From the IMG/VR virus record IMGVR_UViG_3300028591_000124, positions 32,001-96,000 of that record: 64,000 nt of DNA; one strand, 5' to 3'. The position numbers were made by a program, and so were the translations under genes. This DNA comes from a virus. Taxonomy: Duplodnaviria; Caudoviricetes. Below the pieces are notes generated by a model. The model had not been told where the DNA came from. It made no database searches and was given only the letters and a program-made list of their open reading frames with translations. Below, one piece after another: positions 9,809 through 19,379 of the stretch. Within the stretch, counting starts at the first letter, position 1; each line of letters starts with the position of its first letter.

Positions 9809-10828
9809 ATGCAAGTATCAGACGAAAGAAAACAGATTATTGTCCGTGAGCTTTGTGCGGAACTAAGTGGACGAGTTGATGGTGGAGGCAAGAACATCGT
9901 TGTTCCAGTCTGCCCTTATTGTGGCAAGAAAGGTGGTAAATTTGGTATTTATGTCGGCCCTATTGAAAGTAAGCTGTTTTGGACCCATTGTTTTTCATGT
10001 GGCCACACAACAAAGGACTTCAATAAGTTCTTAGAAGATATTGGTCGTACAGATCTGGCAGTCAAAGAAACAGTCGATCTTGACATGGATGTTGATGATG
10101 AGATTGATTTCTTTGAGGACGAGGATGATGATCAGGAGCTTGTTGAAGTTGAAATGCCAAAAGGTTGGAAGCGTTTCTTCAAAAACAAATATTTGAAGAG
10201 TCGCGGTTTCATTATGGAGCTGTATGACATGTTTCCAGTTGGCAATACCAGGGGTATGAACTGGCAGTATGATGATTATGTGATTTTCCAGATTATCATG
10301 GATGGCATTTGTGTTGGGTACATCGGAAGAAATATCCAAAGTAAAGAAGTTATCGATGAACACAATGCCCGTTCAAAATTCCAGATACGCCGGTATTTGA
10401 ATTCTACTGAGAATGATTTTTCAAGGCTTCTATTTAATTATGATAGTATCGTGTCTGGAGAGACACAGACTGTGATTTTGACAGAAGGAATTTTTGACAC
10501 CATAAGATTGGTGAAAATGTTCGAGCTTTATGAAAACAAGATGATAGTTCCTGTTGCTACATTCGGAAAGAAAATATCACAGGCTCAGATGTTATTATTG
10601 CAGAAAAAAGGCGTAAGTCAGGTTATTGTGGCTTATGACATGGATGAGGTTGGAAAAGAGGCTATCACAAAAACGATGGCTCAGCTTGACCCATATTTTG
10701 ATGTGTTAGCTCTTCAGTTACTAACAGATGATGCTAAGGATATTGACGAGTGTACTTGGTGGGAGTTATATGACTCATTTGCTTATGGTTTGAAGGAACA
10801 GGTTGAATTTAATCTGAACGAAATATGA
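9809..10828 (+). CDS. dnaG: DNA primase (zinc finger plus Toprim)
   Basis: CPYC...CFSC zinc finger, TEGIFD and YDMD Toprim motifs, AKDID. Confidence 0.88.
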   Translation: MQVSDERKQIIVRELCAELSGRVDGGGKNIVVPVCPYCGKKGGKFGIYVGPIESKLFWTHCFSCGHTTKDFNKFLEDIGRTDLAVKETVDLDMDVDDEIDFFEDEDDDQELVEVEMPKGWKRFFKNKYLKSRGFIMELYDMFPVGNTRGMNWQYDDYVIFQIIMDGICVGYIGRNIQSKEVIDEHNARSKFQIRRYLNSTENDFSRLLFNYDSIVSGETQTVILTEGIFDTIRLVKMFELYENKMIVPVATFGKKISQAQMLLLQKKGVSQVIVAYDMDEVGKEAITKTMAQLDPYFDVLALQLLTDDAKDIDECTWWELYDSFAYGLKEQVEFNLNEI

Positions 10829-11187
10829 AATATAAAACAGCTGAAAAAAGATTTATCGACGAGTATTGCGATGGTTGTGAAGATGGTCCTTTTTACAAGG
10901 ACGATCTGGTGAATGCGTTTAGGTCTGGCAGAAAGTGGAATCTGAAGCAAATGTTCATAGATTGCCACAAACAGCAGCCTAAGCAGAATGATGATGATAT
11001 TGCCGTTATCTGTAGTCTTGGTGATCAAGCTCCATTTTGTTTTGGCATTGAGGTTGTGACAGTAAAGGGTTTCGAATATCAGAATTTTGTCGAAAAAACA
11101 CCATACATACCTCTCTTCTGGTGTCGCTTGCGTAGTTTGTTGTCAATTTTAAATGGAGGATGGAATAAAGATGGCAGAGATAAATGA
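10825..11187 (+). CDS. hypothetical protein
   Basis: 120 aa; ATGA overlap with primase. Confidence 0.65.
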   Translation: MKYKTAEKRFIDEYCDGCEDGPFYKDDLVNAFRSGRKWNLKQMFIDCHKQQPKQNDDDIAVICSLGDQAPFCFGIEVVTVKGFEYQNFVEKTPYIPLFWCRLRSLLSILNGGWNKDGRDK

Positions 11188-12898
11188 ACTACAGCAATGG
11201 ATGGATGACCACATGATTTCATACAAGATTATGAAAGACGTGGTTACTATTCCTGAATTTGGCCGTTGTCTCTTTCAGGACATGACCAAGCGAGAGCATA
11301 TCTTCAAGGAGAATAAGCTTACTGGGGATGTCGAATTTGATTGTGTTGAAGTTTCGAATCTCCTGATAGAAGATGAGATATATTATGTCATCTTGAAGTT
11401 TGGTGACCAGTTTTATTATACTGACATCCGAAAGGATTTTAAATTGACACCACTCAGGCATATCGGAAAACGAAAAGAGCGTGAGGAAATGTATGTCAGG
11501 GAATACGTAAACCTTGGAATACATACGCCATTCGAGTTGTTGAATGGCTCAGGTGCCATATCCGAGTGGATTAAGACCGCCAAGTGGATGGGCCACAAAA
11601 GTATCGGTATTTGTGACAAGAACACAATGGCAGCAACACTTCAGCTTCAAAAAGAAGCCAGAAGTGCCGGTATTGGGTATGTTTTTGGGTATTCACTTGT
11701 AATGCAAATTGACGGTGAGGAAATCGGTGCTAAGATATACGTCCATACTCAAAAGGGATTTCGTAATCTTCTGAGGATTCAGAAAGCCATAAATGTTGAC
11801 CGTGAAGACGGGATGGTGGATTATTTGGAGGTTCTGAATAGGGCAGATGGTAATGTAATTGTGTTCGATAAATGGTCTGGTGAATGGATGACCCAGAACA
11901 AAGAGCTTCTGAGCGATTTCGACAAGGCATTTGATGGGTGGGTGTTCTTCCAGGTTGACATGAGCGAGTACCGTGCTGACCGTATTGATTCCAGATTGTT
12001 AGAATCACAGAAGGCATTTTTTGACGGTTTTTACAAATCAGGAAAGTGGGATCTTGGAATTGAACCAGTATTGATAGAAGACTGTTATTATATTGATGCC
12101 GACGAATACAAAAACAAAATCGTGCTCAATAAGATTGATACTGGTGTGACACATGAGCTTTCGTATGCCCAGTTCTATAAAGATGTGGATCAGTTATATG
12201 ATGAGTTCTGCGATCTGTTTTCAGAGAAATACGGTGATGATGTGTTCGATTTGATGGTTGACAATACTGTTTTGATTGCCAGTGAAAGCGATGCTGAGTA
12301 TAACACATCTTCTGTAAACTATGCGCCTCGTTATTCAATGACTGAAGAAGAGGAAGCCAAGTATGGCAATACTCATAATATGTTCAACCAGCTTATTGAA
12401 GACGGGTTCCAGCGTCTTGTCCCCAAAGATAAAGAATCTGAGTATCGCAAACGTTTGGAATATGAGAAATACGTTATTGAAAGTACAGATAATGTTGATT
12501 ATTATTTGATAACTTGGGATGAAATCAACTGGGCCCGCAAAAATGGTATTGCAGTAGGAGTTGGTCGTGGTTCTGCCGGTGGATGTCTTCTAAGTTTCTT
12601 ACTTGGGATAACCCAGATTGACCCGATGCCGTTTGATTTGCTGTTTGAGCGTTTCCTGCTTCCAGAACGCGGAGGATTGGAGCCAGCAAAGGTAACCGTT
12701 ATTGGTGACGATATTTCCAAAAAGGAATATGTCGAAGTAAAATTGGAGAATGGCAAAACAATCAATTTTGCCGACGATGCTGAATTCCTTGTCAAACGAA
12801 ACGGTGAAGAAATAACTGTTATCGGAAAGGAATTGCAACCTGGTGATGATATTGTTTTGGATAGAAAAGACGAATTGTTTACAATAGATGAATTGTAG
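11153..12898 (+). CDS. dnaE: DNA polymerase III alpha, N-terminal part (PHP domain and start of palm) ending in an intein-N-like tail
   Basis: [12 protein letters not shown] motif, [16 protein letters not shown]; start may be 11171. Confidence 0.92.
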   Translation: MEDGIKMAEINELQQWMDDHMISYKIMKDVVTIPEFGRCLFQDMTKREHIFKENKLTGDVEFDCVEVSNLLIEDEIYYVILKFGDQFYYTDIRKDFKLTPLRHIGKRKEREEMYVREYVNLGIHTPFELLNGSGAISEWIKTAKWMGHKSIGICDKNTMAATLQLQKEARSAGIGYVFGYSLVMQIDGEEIGAKIYVHTQKGFRNLLRIQKAINVDREDGMVDYLEVLNRADGNVIVFDKWSGEWMTQNKELLSDFDKAFDGWVFFQVDMSEYRADRIDSRLLESQKAFFDGFYKSGKWDLGIEPVLIEDCYYIDADEYKNKIVLNKIDTGVTHELSYAQFYKDVDQLYDEFCDLFSEKYGDDVFDLMVDNTVLIASESDAEYNTSSVNYAPRYSMTEEEEAKYGNTHNMFNQLIEDGFQRLVPKDKESEYRKRLEYEKYVIESTDNVDYYLITWDEINWARKNGIAVGVGRGSAGGCLLSFLLGITQIDPMPFDLLFERFLLPERGGLEPAKVTVIGDDISKKEYVEVKLENGKTINFADDAEFLVKRNGEEITVIGKELQPGDDIVLDRKDELFTIDEL

Positions 12899-12900
12899 TT

Positions 12901-15072
12901 ATGAAGATAGATAGCGTAGAAATTAAGTGTGGCAAGAAACCACGTAAAGTTGTTTACTCTTTTGTTGATGACGGATACAGAAAGACCATGCGAGGATCAC
13001 TGCCTGATATTGATACGGACTTTGATGCGGATAAGCGTCCAGAAGTCAAAGCATATCTGGAGAGACGTTACAACCATGATGGTAAACAGCGCGTGTTCTC
13101 TGCCGGTACATTTACAACAGAGCAGATTCGTTCTGTCATTAAGGATGTGTGCCGTGTTCACCGTGTTTCTGCTAATATGGCCAATTACATTACGGCTATT
13201 ATTGACTCTGGTACGGATTGGACCGGATTGATGCAGCTTGCAGTCAAGGAAAAGAAAGTTCGTGATTTCATAGAGAAGCACTGGGATGTTTTTGAAGAGA
13301 TACGTCCAATTATGTTCCAACCTCGCTCTCCAGGTGTTCATGCGTCTGCACTGGTGATCACTCCAGATATTATCGAAGGTGAAGACGTAGAGTGTTTTGA
13401 CATTATTCCTATTAAAAAGATGGATGGACTCCTGGTATCTGAATTGAGTGGTGTGGAATTGGATGAATTGGGTCTCCTAAAGAATGACGTGCTTGGTATT
13501 GCTGAGCTTTCCAGATTGGATGAAATGATTCAGATCTGTAATAATGTATATCACACCAATTTATCTATTGAGGGTTTGGCCACCAGTTCTTTAGATGAAC
13601 CAAAGGTATTCGAGATCATCAATAAGGGCCTTACACAAGGTATCTTCCAGTTGTCATCTGTTGGTATGACAAGATTTGTTAGAAGTATGCACCCTGATTG
13701 CATTAATGATGTGATCGCTGCCAATGCTTTGTTCCGTCCAGCTACATTGGATTCTGGAGCTGCTGGGATGTATGTTGATGCCAAGAACGGTACTGTTGAT
13801 CCGGAATATCTTTGGGGAACTTATGATATTCTGAAAGATACCTATGCTGTCGCTGCATATCAGGAACAATATGCTGCACTTGCAAGAAATATCGGTGGTT
13901 TGAGTTTAGGCGATGGCGTGAATCTTGTAAAAGCCATTTCTAAGAAAAAGATAGAAAAAATCCGTAAGTTTAAGGACAAGTTCTATGCCGGTGCTCAGAA
14001 AAATGGTTGCCCTGATGAAGTTCGTGATCGTGTATGGAGCATTATTGAAGGTGGTGCCACGTATGGATTTAATAAATCACATGCTACTGCATACGGCATT
14101 ACGGCATACATCGGAGCATATATTAAGGCACTATATCCAACAGCTTTCTATACTGTATTGCTGAAGTGGGGTAAGGACGAGAACATCCCAGCTATCCTTG
14201 CAGAAATGAGAGAGCTTGGCAATATCACGATTACCAATCCAGACATCAACGTTTCAACTGATAATTTTGAAACAGACTACGAGACCAATGAGATTTACTG
14301 GTCACTTCTGAGAATCAAATTTGTCGGTGTCAGTATGGTTGATTTCATTGTTAAGAACAGGAATCGCTATGGAAAGTTTATGGATTTGGAAGATTTCATC
14401 ACTCGTATCTTCAAACACAAATTTAAGAAGTATAAGAGCTTTGAGGATGAGGATAATGAAGATGAATACAAACGTTGCCCAGTTAATGCCCGTGCCGTCA
14501 GGAACTTAATTATGGCTGGTGCATTTGACAAGGTTGAGAATGTCGGTTCTGTTACTGAGCGATATGGACTCTTGAAACATGCTGCTGAGCTCCTTGGGTT
14601 TGAAATCAAGGAGAAAGAAGTGCCACAAGAACTTCGTGATAAGCATTGGTTCTGGAGCCAACAGCAAATCAATCTGTCTGGCATCGGCTCTGTTGACTAT
14701 GAACGTATCTATAAAAATGAGACGTTACCATCCAGTATGTACAATTATACCTATTTTTCTCTTGACAATCTCCAGCAACCTGGACTTGGTGACAGAAAAG
14801 TCGGTATTTGTGCCACTATTGCTGAAGTCGAAGAACGTAGTTATAAAGACAAAAAGACTGGTGAGAAGAAGTATTATGGGAAAATCCAGCTTCAACAAAA
14901 TATCGATACAGCCACTCTTGTTATCTGGAATGATGCATGGATAAACGCCAAACAATATTTTATGCACAAGAAAGATTCCATTGTCATATTTGCCGGTAAC
15001 GCCAAGTGGAGTGATTATGACGAGAAGAACATACTCCAGATCAATAAGGGTTCGTATATTACTAATATTTAA
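12901..15072 (+). CDS. dnaE: DNA polymerase III alpha, C-terminal part starting with an intein-C-like peptide
   Basis: SLPDIDTDF catalytic motif, GVHAS, LLKNDVLG, GIFQL, YQEQ, YGFNKSHA, C-terminal OB fold. Confidence 0.95.
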   Translation: MKIDSVEIKCGKKPRKVVYSFVDDGYRKTMRGSLPDIDTDFDADKRPEVKAYLERRYNHDGKQRVFSAGTFTTEQIRSVIKDVCRVHRVSANMANYITAIIDSGTDWTGLMQLAVKEKKVRDFIEKHWDVFEEIRPIMFQPRSPGVHASALVITPDIIEGEDVECFDIIPIKKMDGLLVSELSGVELDELGLLKNDVLGIAELSRLDEMIQICNNVYHTNLSIEGLATSSLDEPKVFEIINKGLTQGIFQLSSVGMTRFVRSMHPDCINDVIAANALFRPATLDSGAAGMYVDAKNGTVDPEYLWGTYDILKDTYAVAAYQEQYAALARNIGGLSLGDGVNLVKAISKKKIEKIRKFKDKFYAGAQKNGCPDEVRDRVWSIIEGGATYGFNKSHATAYGITAYIGAYIKALYPTAFYTVLLKWGKDENIPAILAEMRELGNITITNPDINVSTDNFETDYETNEIYWSLLRIKFVGVSMVDFIVKNRNRYGKFMDLEDFITRIFKHKFKKYKSFEDEDNEDEYKRCPVNARAVRNLIMAGAFDKVENVGSVTERYGLLKHAAELLGFEIKEKEVPQELRDKHWFWSQQQINLSGIGSVDYERIYKNETLPSSMYNYTYFSLDNLQQPGLGDRKVGICATIAEVEERSYKDKKTGEKKYYGKIQLQQNIDTATLVIWNDAWINAKQYFMHKKDSIVIFAGNAKWSDYDEKNILQINKGSYITNI

Positions 15073-15082
15073 ATTTGAAATT

Positions 15083-15283
15083 ATGCCTACAAAAGACAAG
15101 AATGCATTAAAGAATTACAATGCCTCGTATTATCGTGACCATCGTGACGATAGGAAAGCAGCTGCAAAGGCCAGGTATGAAGAAAAAAAAGATGAGATCA
15201 ATGCCAAGGCCCGCGAACGAAGAAGACTCCAAAAATTAGAAAAGATCAAAAAAGATCGTGAAAATGGAATCTGGGATTTTTAA
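15083..15283 (+). CDS. small basic hypothetical protein
   Basis: ATG at 15083 (MPTKDK...), K/R-rich helix. Confidence 0.55.
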   Translation: MPTKDKNALKNYNASYYRDHRDDRKAAAKARYEEKKDEINAKARERRRLQKLEKIKKDRENGIWDF

Positions 15284-16043
15284 GAATGGGTGGGAAGTAA
15301 TCCGTGAAGATGAGGATGCAGAGGCTGTAAGAAATCGTTCAGAACGTCTCAATCCAAAGGAGCGCGAGTATCATGCCAGGAAAGCTAAAGAGTGGGATCT
15401 CGCACATCCAGAGCGTACCCGTGAACGTAAAAGGAGGTGGAGCCAGAGTCATAAACAGTATTCGGATTATTCAAAGGAAAGAGATAAGCAGTTAAGGTAT
15501 TTAAAAAGAAAAAATATGAAAAAAAAATTAGCAGACAAAAGAAAGAAAATCATGTGCATCTATGGTGTTTCTGGTTCTGGAAAGACACTGGCATCGATGC
15601 ATCTGAAAAAGAAGTATGGCGCACAAGTCATCTGTTCGTACACCACCAGACCAATGAGATCTGGAGAGGTTGATGGTGTTGACCATTATTTTGTTAGTGA
15701 GGTTCCAGATAAAGAGACGATGCTTGCGTACACTCAGTATGGCGGTTATGAATACTGGGCTCTTAAATCAGATGTTCGGGGAGATATTACTGTTTACGTA
15801 ATTGATGAAGCTGGCATCAATATGCTGGATAAGTTACAGGATGAATTTAGGATCTATCCAGTTCGTACCGAAAGAAGTGAAACAAAGAGGCTTAAGGCTG
15901 GTGTTTCAGAAGAACGCATAGCCCGTGATAGAAACCGTCAAAAACTCAACAGAAGTGTATTTGCTGTTGTAGAGAATGTCGGCACAAAGGCTCAATTTTA
16001 TAGAAAAATAGAAAGTGTTTACGAAAGAATTTTAAAATCATAA
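15264..16043 (+). CDS. gmk: guanylate kinase-like protein with basic N-terminal extension
   Basis: GVSGSGKT P-loop, YTTRPMR, DGVDHYF; start uncertain (15264 or 15516). Confidence 0.85.
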   Translation: MESGIFKNGWEVIREDEDAEAVRNRSERLNPKEREYHARKAKEWDLAHPERTRERKRRWSQSHKQYSDYSKERDKQLRYLKRKNMKKKLADKRKKIMCIYGVSGSGKTLASMHLKKKYGAQVICSYTTRPMRSGEVDGVDHYFVSEVPDKETMLAYTQYGGYEYWALKSDVRGDITVYVIDEAGINMLDKLQDEFRIYPVRTERSETKRLKAGVSEERIARDRNRQKLNRSVFAVVENVGTKAQFYRKIESVYERILKS

Positions 16044-16046
16044 GTT

Positions 16047-16841
16047 ATGGCAGCACCAAAAGAAAAACAATTTGTGCCAGTAGGTATCGTATTTGATACT
16101 GAAACTGGTGGTCTTGACAACCAAAAGTGTGGAGTTTGTCAGATATGTATGCATTCAGTTCGACTTGATACGTTCGAAAGGACTGGTACGCTCAATATTT
16201 ACGTCAAGCCATATAACAAGCGCGAAGAGGTATTGAAACCAGTCAAGAAAAAGCAGCTCAAAACCAAATATGAGATTGAGGATGAACAGGCAGGCATCGG
16301 CGAGTTGATGGAGTATTCTGATAAGGCGAAAGAGGTTCATGGGCTGTCTTTGGATTTTCTCAGGGAAAACGGTCTCACATTGGAAGAGGCAGCTCAGGCA
16401 GTCATTGATTTTGTGAAGGGATCCCAGATTACAACCGGGAATAAAGGAAAGCCATTTCTGATAGGTCAGCACATATTGTTTGATGTCGGTATGCTGGAGC
16501 AGCTTTTGATGTATGCTGGTTTATGGGATGAGTTTTGTAAATCTGTTCAGGGTGACAAGGATTTCTTTGGGCACTTCCAGCCATTGATTCTTGACACAAT
16601 GGTAATGGGCTATCTTGCTTTCTGTAATACCAATTTGACAAGTTATGCTTTGGGAATGTTATGCGAGGCTCTTGGAATTGAGATCGATGATGCCCATGAT
16701 GCTGATTCAGACGTAACCGCAACAGAAGATATTGTTAGGATATTCACTACCAGAATGCGAAATGCAAATAGCGGCGACGAAGAAGGTACTGGGATGGTTG
16801 AAAACAAACAAGAGAAAAAGCGTGTTCATTTTAAGATTTGA
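16047..16841 (+). CDS. DEDDh 3'-5' exonuclease (DnaQ/epsilon-like)
   Basis: FDTETGG, HILFD, HDADSD motifs. Confidence 0.9.
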   Translation: MAAPKEKQFVPVGIVFDTETGGLDNQKCGVCQICMHSVRLDTFERTGTLNIYVKPYNKREEVLKPVKKKQLKTKYEIEDEQAGIGELMEYSDKAKEVHGLSLDFLRENGLTLEEAAQAVIDFVKGSQITTGNKGKPFLIGQHILFDVGMLEQLLMYAGLWDEFCKSVQGDKDFFGHFQPLILDTMVMGYLAFCNTNLTSYALGMLCEALGIEIDDAHDADSDVTATEDIVRIFTTRMRNANSGDEEGTGMVENKQEKKRVHFKI

Positions 16842-16846
16842 TAGTT

Positions 16847-17227
16847 ATGGGGTACGTATTGGATAAAGAGACTGGGACTTTTGTTGAAGAGACTCCAAAA
16901 GAAGTCCAGATTCAACAGAAAGAAAACATTATCGAAGACAAGAGTGATAATGTTGATATAGTAAATCAAGGAAAGCCGAATGTGGTTCCTGGTGGTGGTC
17001 TTGAAAATGAGCCAACAGAAACCTTTAAGAGACTTACTGATTTGTCCGTTTTCCAGATTGTAGATCAACAGTCTGGAAAGATTATGGGAATCATCAGCGG
17101 ATATGCCCTTCAGATCAAGTTTAATCGTGAGGTTATAACATGTACAGCCGATGTAGAACAATGCGCTGAGGGTATCAAAAAATTATTCTACGGTATTATT
17201 ATGGATCAATTATTGGAAAACAAATAA
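16847..17227 (+). CDS. hypothetical protein
   Basis: ORF in operon context; ATG at 16847. Confidence 0.65.
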   Translation: MGYVLDKETGTFVEETPKEVQIQQKENIIEDKSDNVDIVNQGKPNVVPGGGLENEPTETFKRLTDLSVFQIVDQQSGKIMGIISGYALQIKFNREVITCTADVEQCAEGIKKLFYGIIMDQLLENK

Positions 17228-17258
17228 TACTTTCAATCACCTGGGGTATCACTTGCCA

Positions 17259-17277
17259 GCTATTTTAAATAAAAGAA
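17259..17277 (+). promoter_or_regulatory. candidate phage late promoter GCTATTT-NNN-ATAAA (also 19357 and 20974)
   Basis: Same motif 23-24 nt upstream of three packaging/virion gene ATGs. Confidence 0.5.
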
Positions 17278-17282
17278 TAGAT

Positions 17283-17828
17283 ATGGCAAGTGAATTCTAT
17301 ACACGGCTAAAAGAAGTAGAGCAGGATTTCTGCATTTTGCTTGTTGAAGGAAGCAAGGATTATGCAGGCAATCCTGAGAAGTGCTACATGGAGACTATCG
17401 GCAAGGAAGAGAAGGTTGAAGAGACCGACCCCTTCATTGGCCATTATGTCAGAGAAACCTTAAGCCGTGAGGACATCCAGGGTTATATAAAAGAACTGAG
17501 AGAGTGTGTTAACAGTGAAGTTGACAACGAAATCTTGCGTTCTTATATAAAATCTCGTCTCATTGCAATTATCGATGAGTGTTCGACTGCAACATATAAG
17601 GACCGGAGAGGCACCCCGCTTTCTCCGGCCCCTTTGCGTTCTGTTGCCAATCACTCTATCAAAACCCTGATCGACTTGACACCAGGATTAGTCAAAAACG
17701 AAGGTGGTGATGATAATGGCGATGAGGAAGACAAGGGTCTTACGTTCAATGTTGTGGTTCCAAAGAAACCAGAAAAAACAAAAGAACAGATCGCATTGGA
17801 GAAGTCCGTTGAATCAGAAAATAAATAA
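17283..17828 (+). CDS. putative terminase small subunit
   Basis: Helical protein with a C-terminal beta segment (LTFNVVVP), upstream of TerL, shares upstream motif with TerL. Confidence 0.45.
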   Translation: MASEFYTRLKEVEQDFCILLVEGSKDYAGNPEKCYMETIGKEEKVEETDPFIGHYVRETLSREDIQGYIKELRECVNSEVDNEILRSYIKSRLIAIIDECSTATYKDRRGTPLSPAPLRSVANHSIKTLIDLTPGLVKNEGGDDNGDEEDKGLTFNVVVPKKPEKTKEQIALEKSVESENK

Positions 17829-17842
17829 TTAAAAATAAGAAA

Positions 17843-18091
17843 ATGAATAGTGGACTTCGTAACACCATTGTTGGTGCGCTCATCACGATTGTAATAACAT
17901 TTGTGGGAGCATGGATTCAAGTAAACAACCGGATTGCAGTTCTGGAAGTACAAATGGATACCTATGTCAAGGCTCAGCAGAAGAGTGAGGCTGACATGGA
18001 TAAGGTGTTGGATAAGTTAAGTGATGTCCAAAGTAAAGTAACCAGGTTAAGCACCGAATTTGAAATGGTGCATACTAAAGAAAATCAATGA
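17843..18091 (+). CDS. single-TM coiled-coil membrane protein (holin-like)
   Basis: N-terminal TM followed by coiled coil; near spanin. Confidence 0.5.
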   Translation: MNSGLRNTIVGALITIVITFVGAWIQVNNRIAVLEVQMDTYVKAQQKSEADMDKVLDKLSDVQSKVTRLSTEFEMVHTKENQ

Positions 18092-18363
18092 TATACAATT
18101 ACGATCCACATCAACAAATCCAAGAAAAGGCCCACGTTATCATTGAAGATTCCAGTGAGCTTAAAGCCATGCATCTTGAAGGATTTATCGGGATGGAAGG
18201 TATGGTCATATCTCTCGTAAAACGTTCAAAACGGAACAGTGGCGCATGGGTCAGGATGTTGGGCGGTGAGTACGATGGTGAGGAATGGTTTTTTCCGATC
18301 CTTGCTTTGCGTGATGTCAATGCAAAGTCGATGGAAGAGGAATTTGGTGAATTTGTAATATAA
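18088..18363 (+). CDS. hypothetical protein
   Basis: 91 aa, ATGA overlap. Confidence 0.6.
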   Translation: MIYNYDPHQQIQEKAHVIIEDSSELKAMHLEGFIGMEGMVISLVKRSKRNSGAWVRMLGGEYDGEEWFFPILALRDVNAKSMEEEFGEFVI

Positions 18364-18367
18364 GAAT

Positions 18368-18895
18368 ATGAAAAGAAAGACAATACTTGCTACGCTGTTA
18401 TTGGTGTTGCTAATGATAGTGGCACCATGTTTCCTTGGCGGCTGTTCTCCGAGAGTTGTTGAAAAGATAGTCCGTGAGACAGATACTGTTAGAACGGTTG
18501 ATTCCATTATCGTAAAATCTCGCCCTGACACAGTTAAGGTTGAAATTCCAAGTTCTTCACAAAGTATTGTTACGAATGATACCACGTCACATTTGGAAGA
18601 TGATTTATATGAATCAGACGCATACTGGGATGGTCAGTTTCTGCACCATTCATTAAACAGCAAACCTGGTGCCCACTTGACCAAAGAGGTTGTAGTTCAT
18701 GACACAATCAAAGTCAAGGAAAAAGAAGAGTCACATAACAAGGAATCGAAGGAAAAAGAGACCATATACGTACAGCCAACTCTGAAAGACAAAATCGTAT
18801 ATGTCGGATATGGCCTTGGTATCGGACTAATAATTTTGTTATTGTATGTGTTTAGAAAGAAAATCGTCAGAATTTATGAAGCGATTGGGCTCTAA
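18368..18895 (+). CDS. putative unimolecular spanin
   Basis: Lipoprotein signal with LGGC lipobox, beta-rich middle, C-terminal TM helix followed by basic residues. Confidence 0.65.
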   Translation: MKRKTILATLLLVLLMIVAPCFLGGCSPRVVEKIVRETDTVRTVDSIIVKSRPDTVKVEIPSSSQSIVTNDTTSHLEDDLYESDAYWDGQFLHHSLNSKPGAHLTKEVVVHDTIKVKEKEESHNKESKEKETIYVQPTLKDKIVYVGYGLGIGLIILLLYVFRKKIVRIYEAIGL

Positions 18896-18948
18896 CGTTC
18901 CCAGTCGTTTGAAGCAAGTCAAATATCAAACCCAAACATCAAACAGTT

Positions 18949-19296
18949 ATGAAAAGAAAATTGCACATCAAGGAAAGACTCTACCTGATGAACATTCTTC
19001 CTCAGGAGAATTCGCTGGTTAATTTCCAGTTGAAGAAAGCCCTCATGAAGAAGGTCGAACTGACCGATGCAGAGCGTGAGAAATTCGAAGTCAAAATTAA
19101 TGAAGAGAGTCAGAATATGACATGGAATGCCCAGAAAGATTTTGATGATCCGACTGAGTTCGAATTCTCTGAAATGGAGTGCGAATATGTCCGTAATGCT
19201 ATAGAGGCACTGTCGGACGGTCAGCATCCAGACGAATACTGGCTAATAGTTACGTCATTGTACGACAAGCTCCAGAATACGGAGCAGACAAAGTAG
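18949..19296 (+). CDS. hypothetical protein
   Basis: 115 aa ORF followed by terminator. Confidence 0.7.
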   Translation: MKRKLHIKERLYLMNILPQENSLVNFQLKKALMKKVELTDAEREKFEVKINEESQNMTWNAQKDFDDPTEFEFSEMECEYVRNAIEALSDGQHPDEYWLIVTSLYDKLQNTEQTK

Positions 19297-19321
19297 GTTT
19301 CATAAAGTATTTGTTTAGTTT

Positions 19322-19355
19322 CCTCCTGGTTTAATCAGCCAGGAGGTTTTCTTTT
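19322..19355 (+). terminator. intrinsic terminator
   Basis: CCTCCTGG...CCAGGAGG stem followed by T-tract. Confidence 0.8.
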
Positions 19356-19379
19356 GGCTATTTCTTATAAAAGAGTAAG

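Noticed and set aside
12896-12903. TAG-to-Gln recoding or simple readthrough joining the dnaE halves
   Set aside because: Reading through TAG meets TGA two codons later and gene 2 is in another frame. Genes across the window are intact in the standard code.
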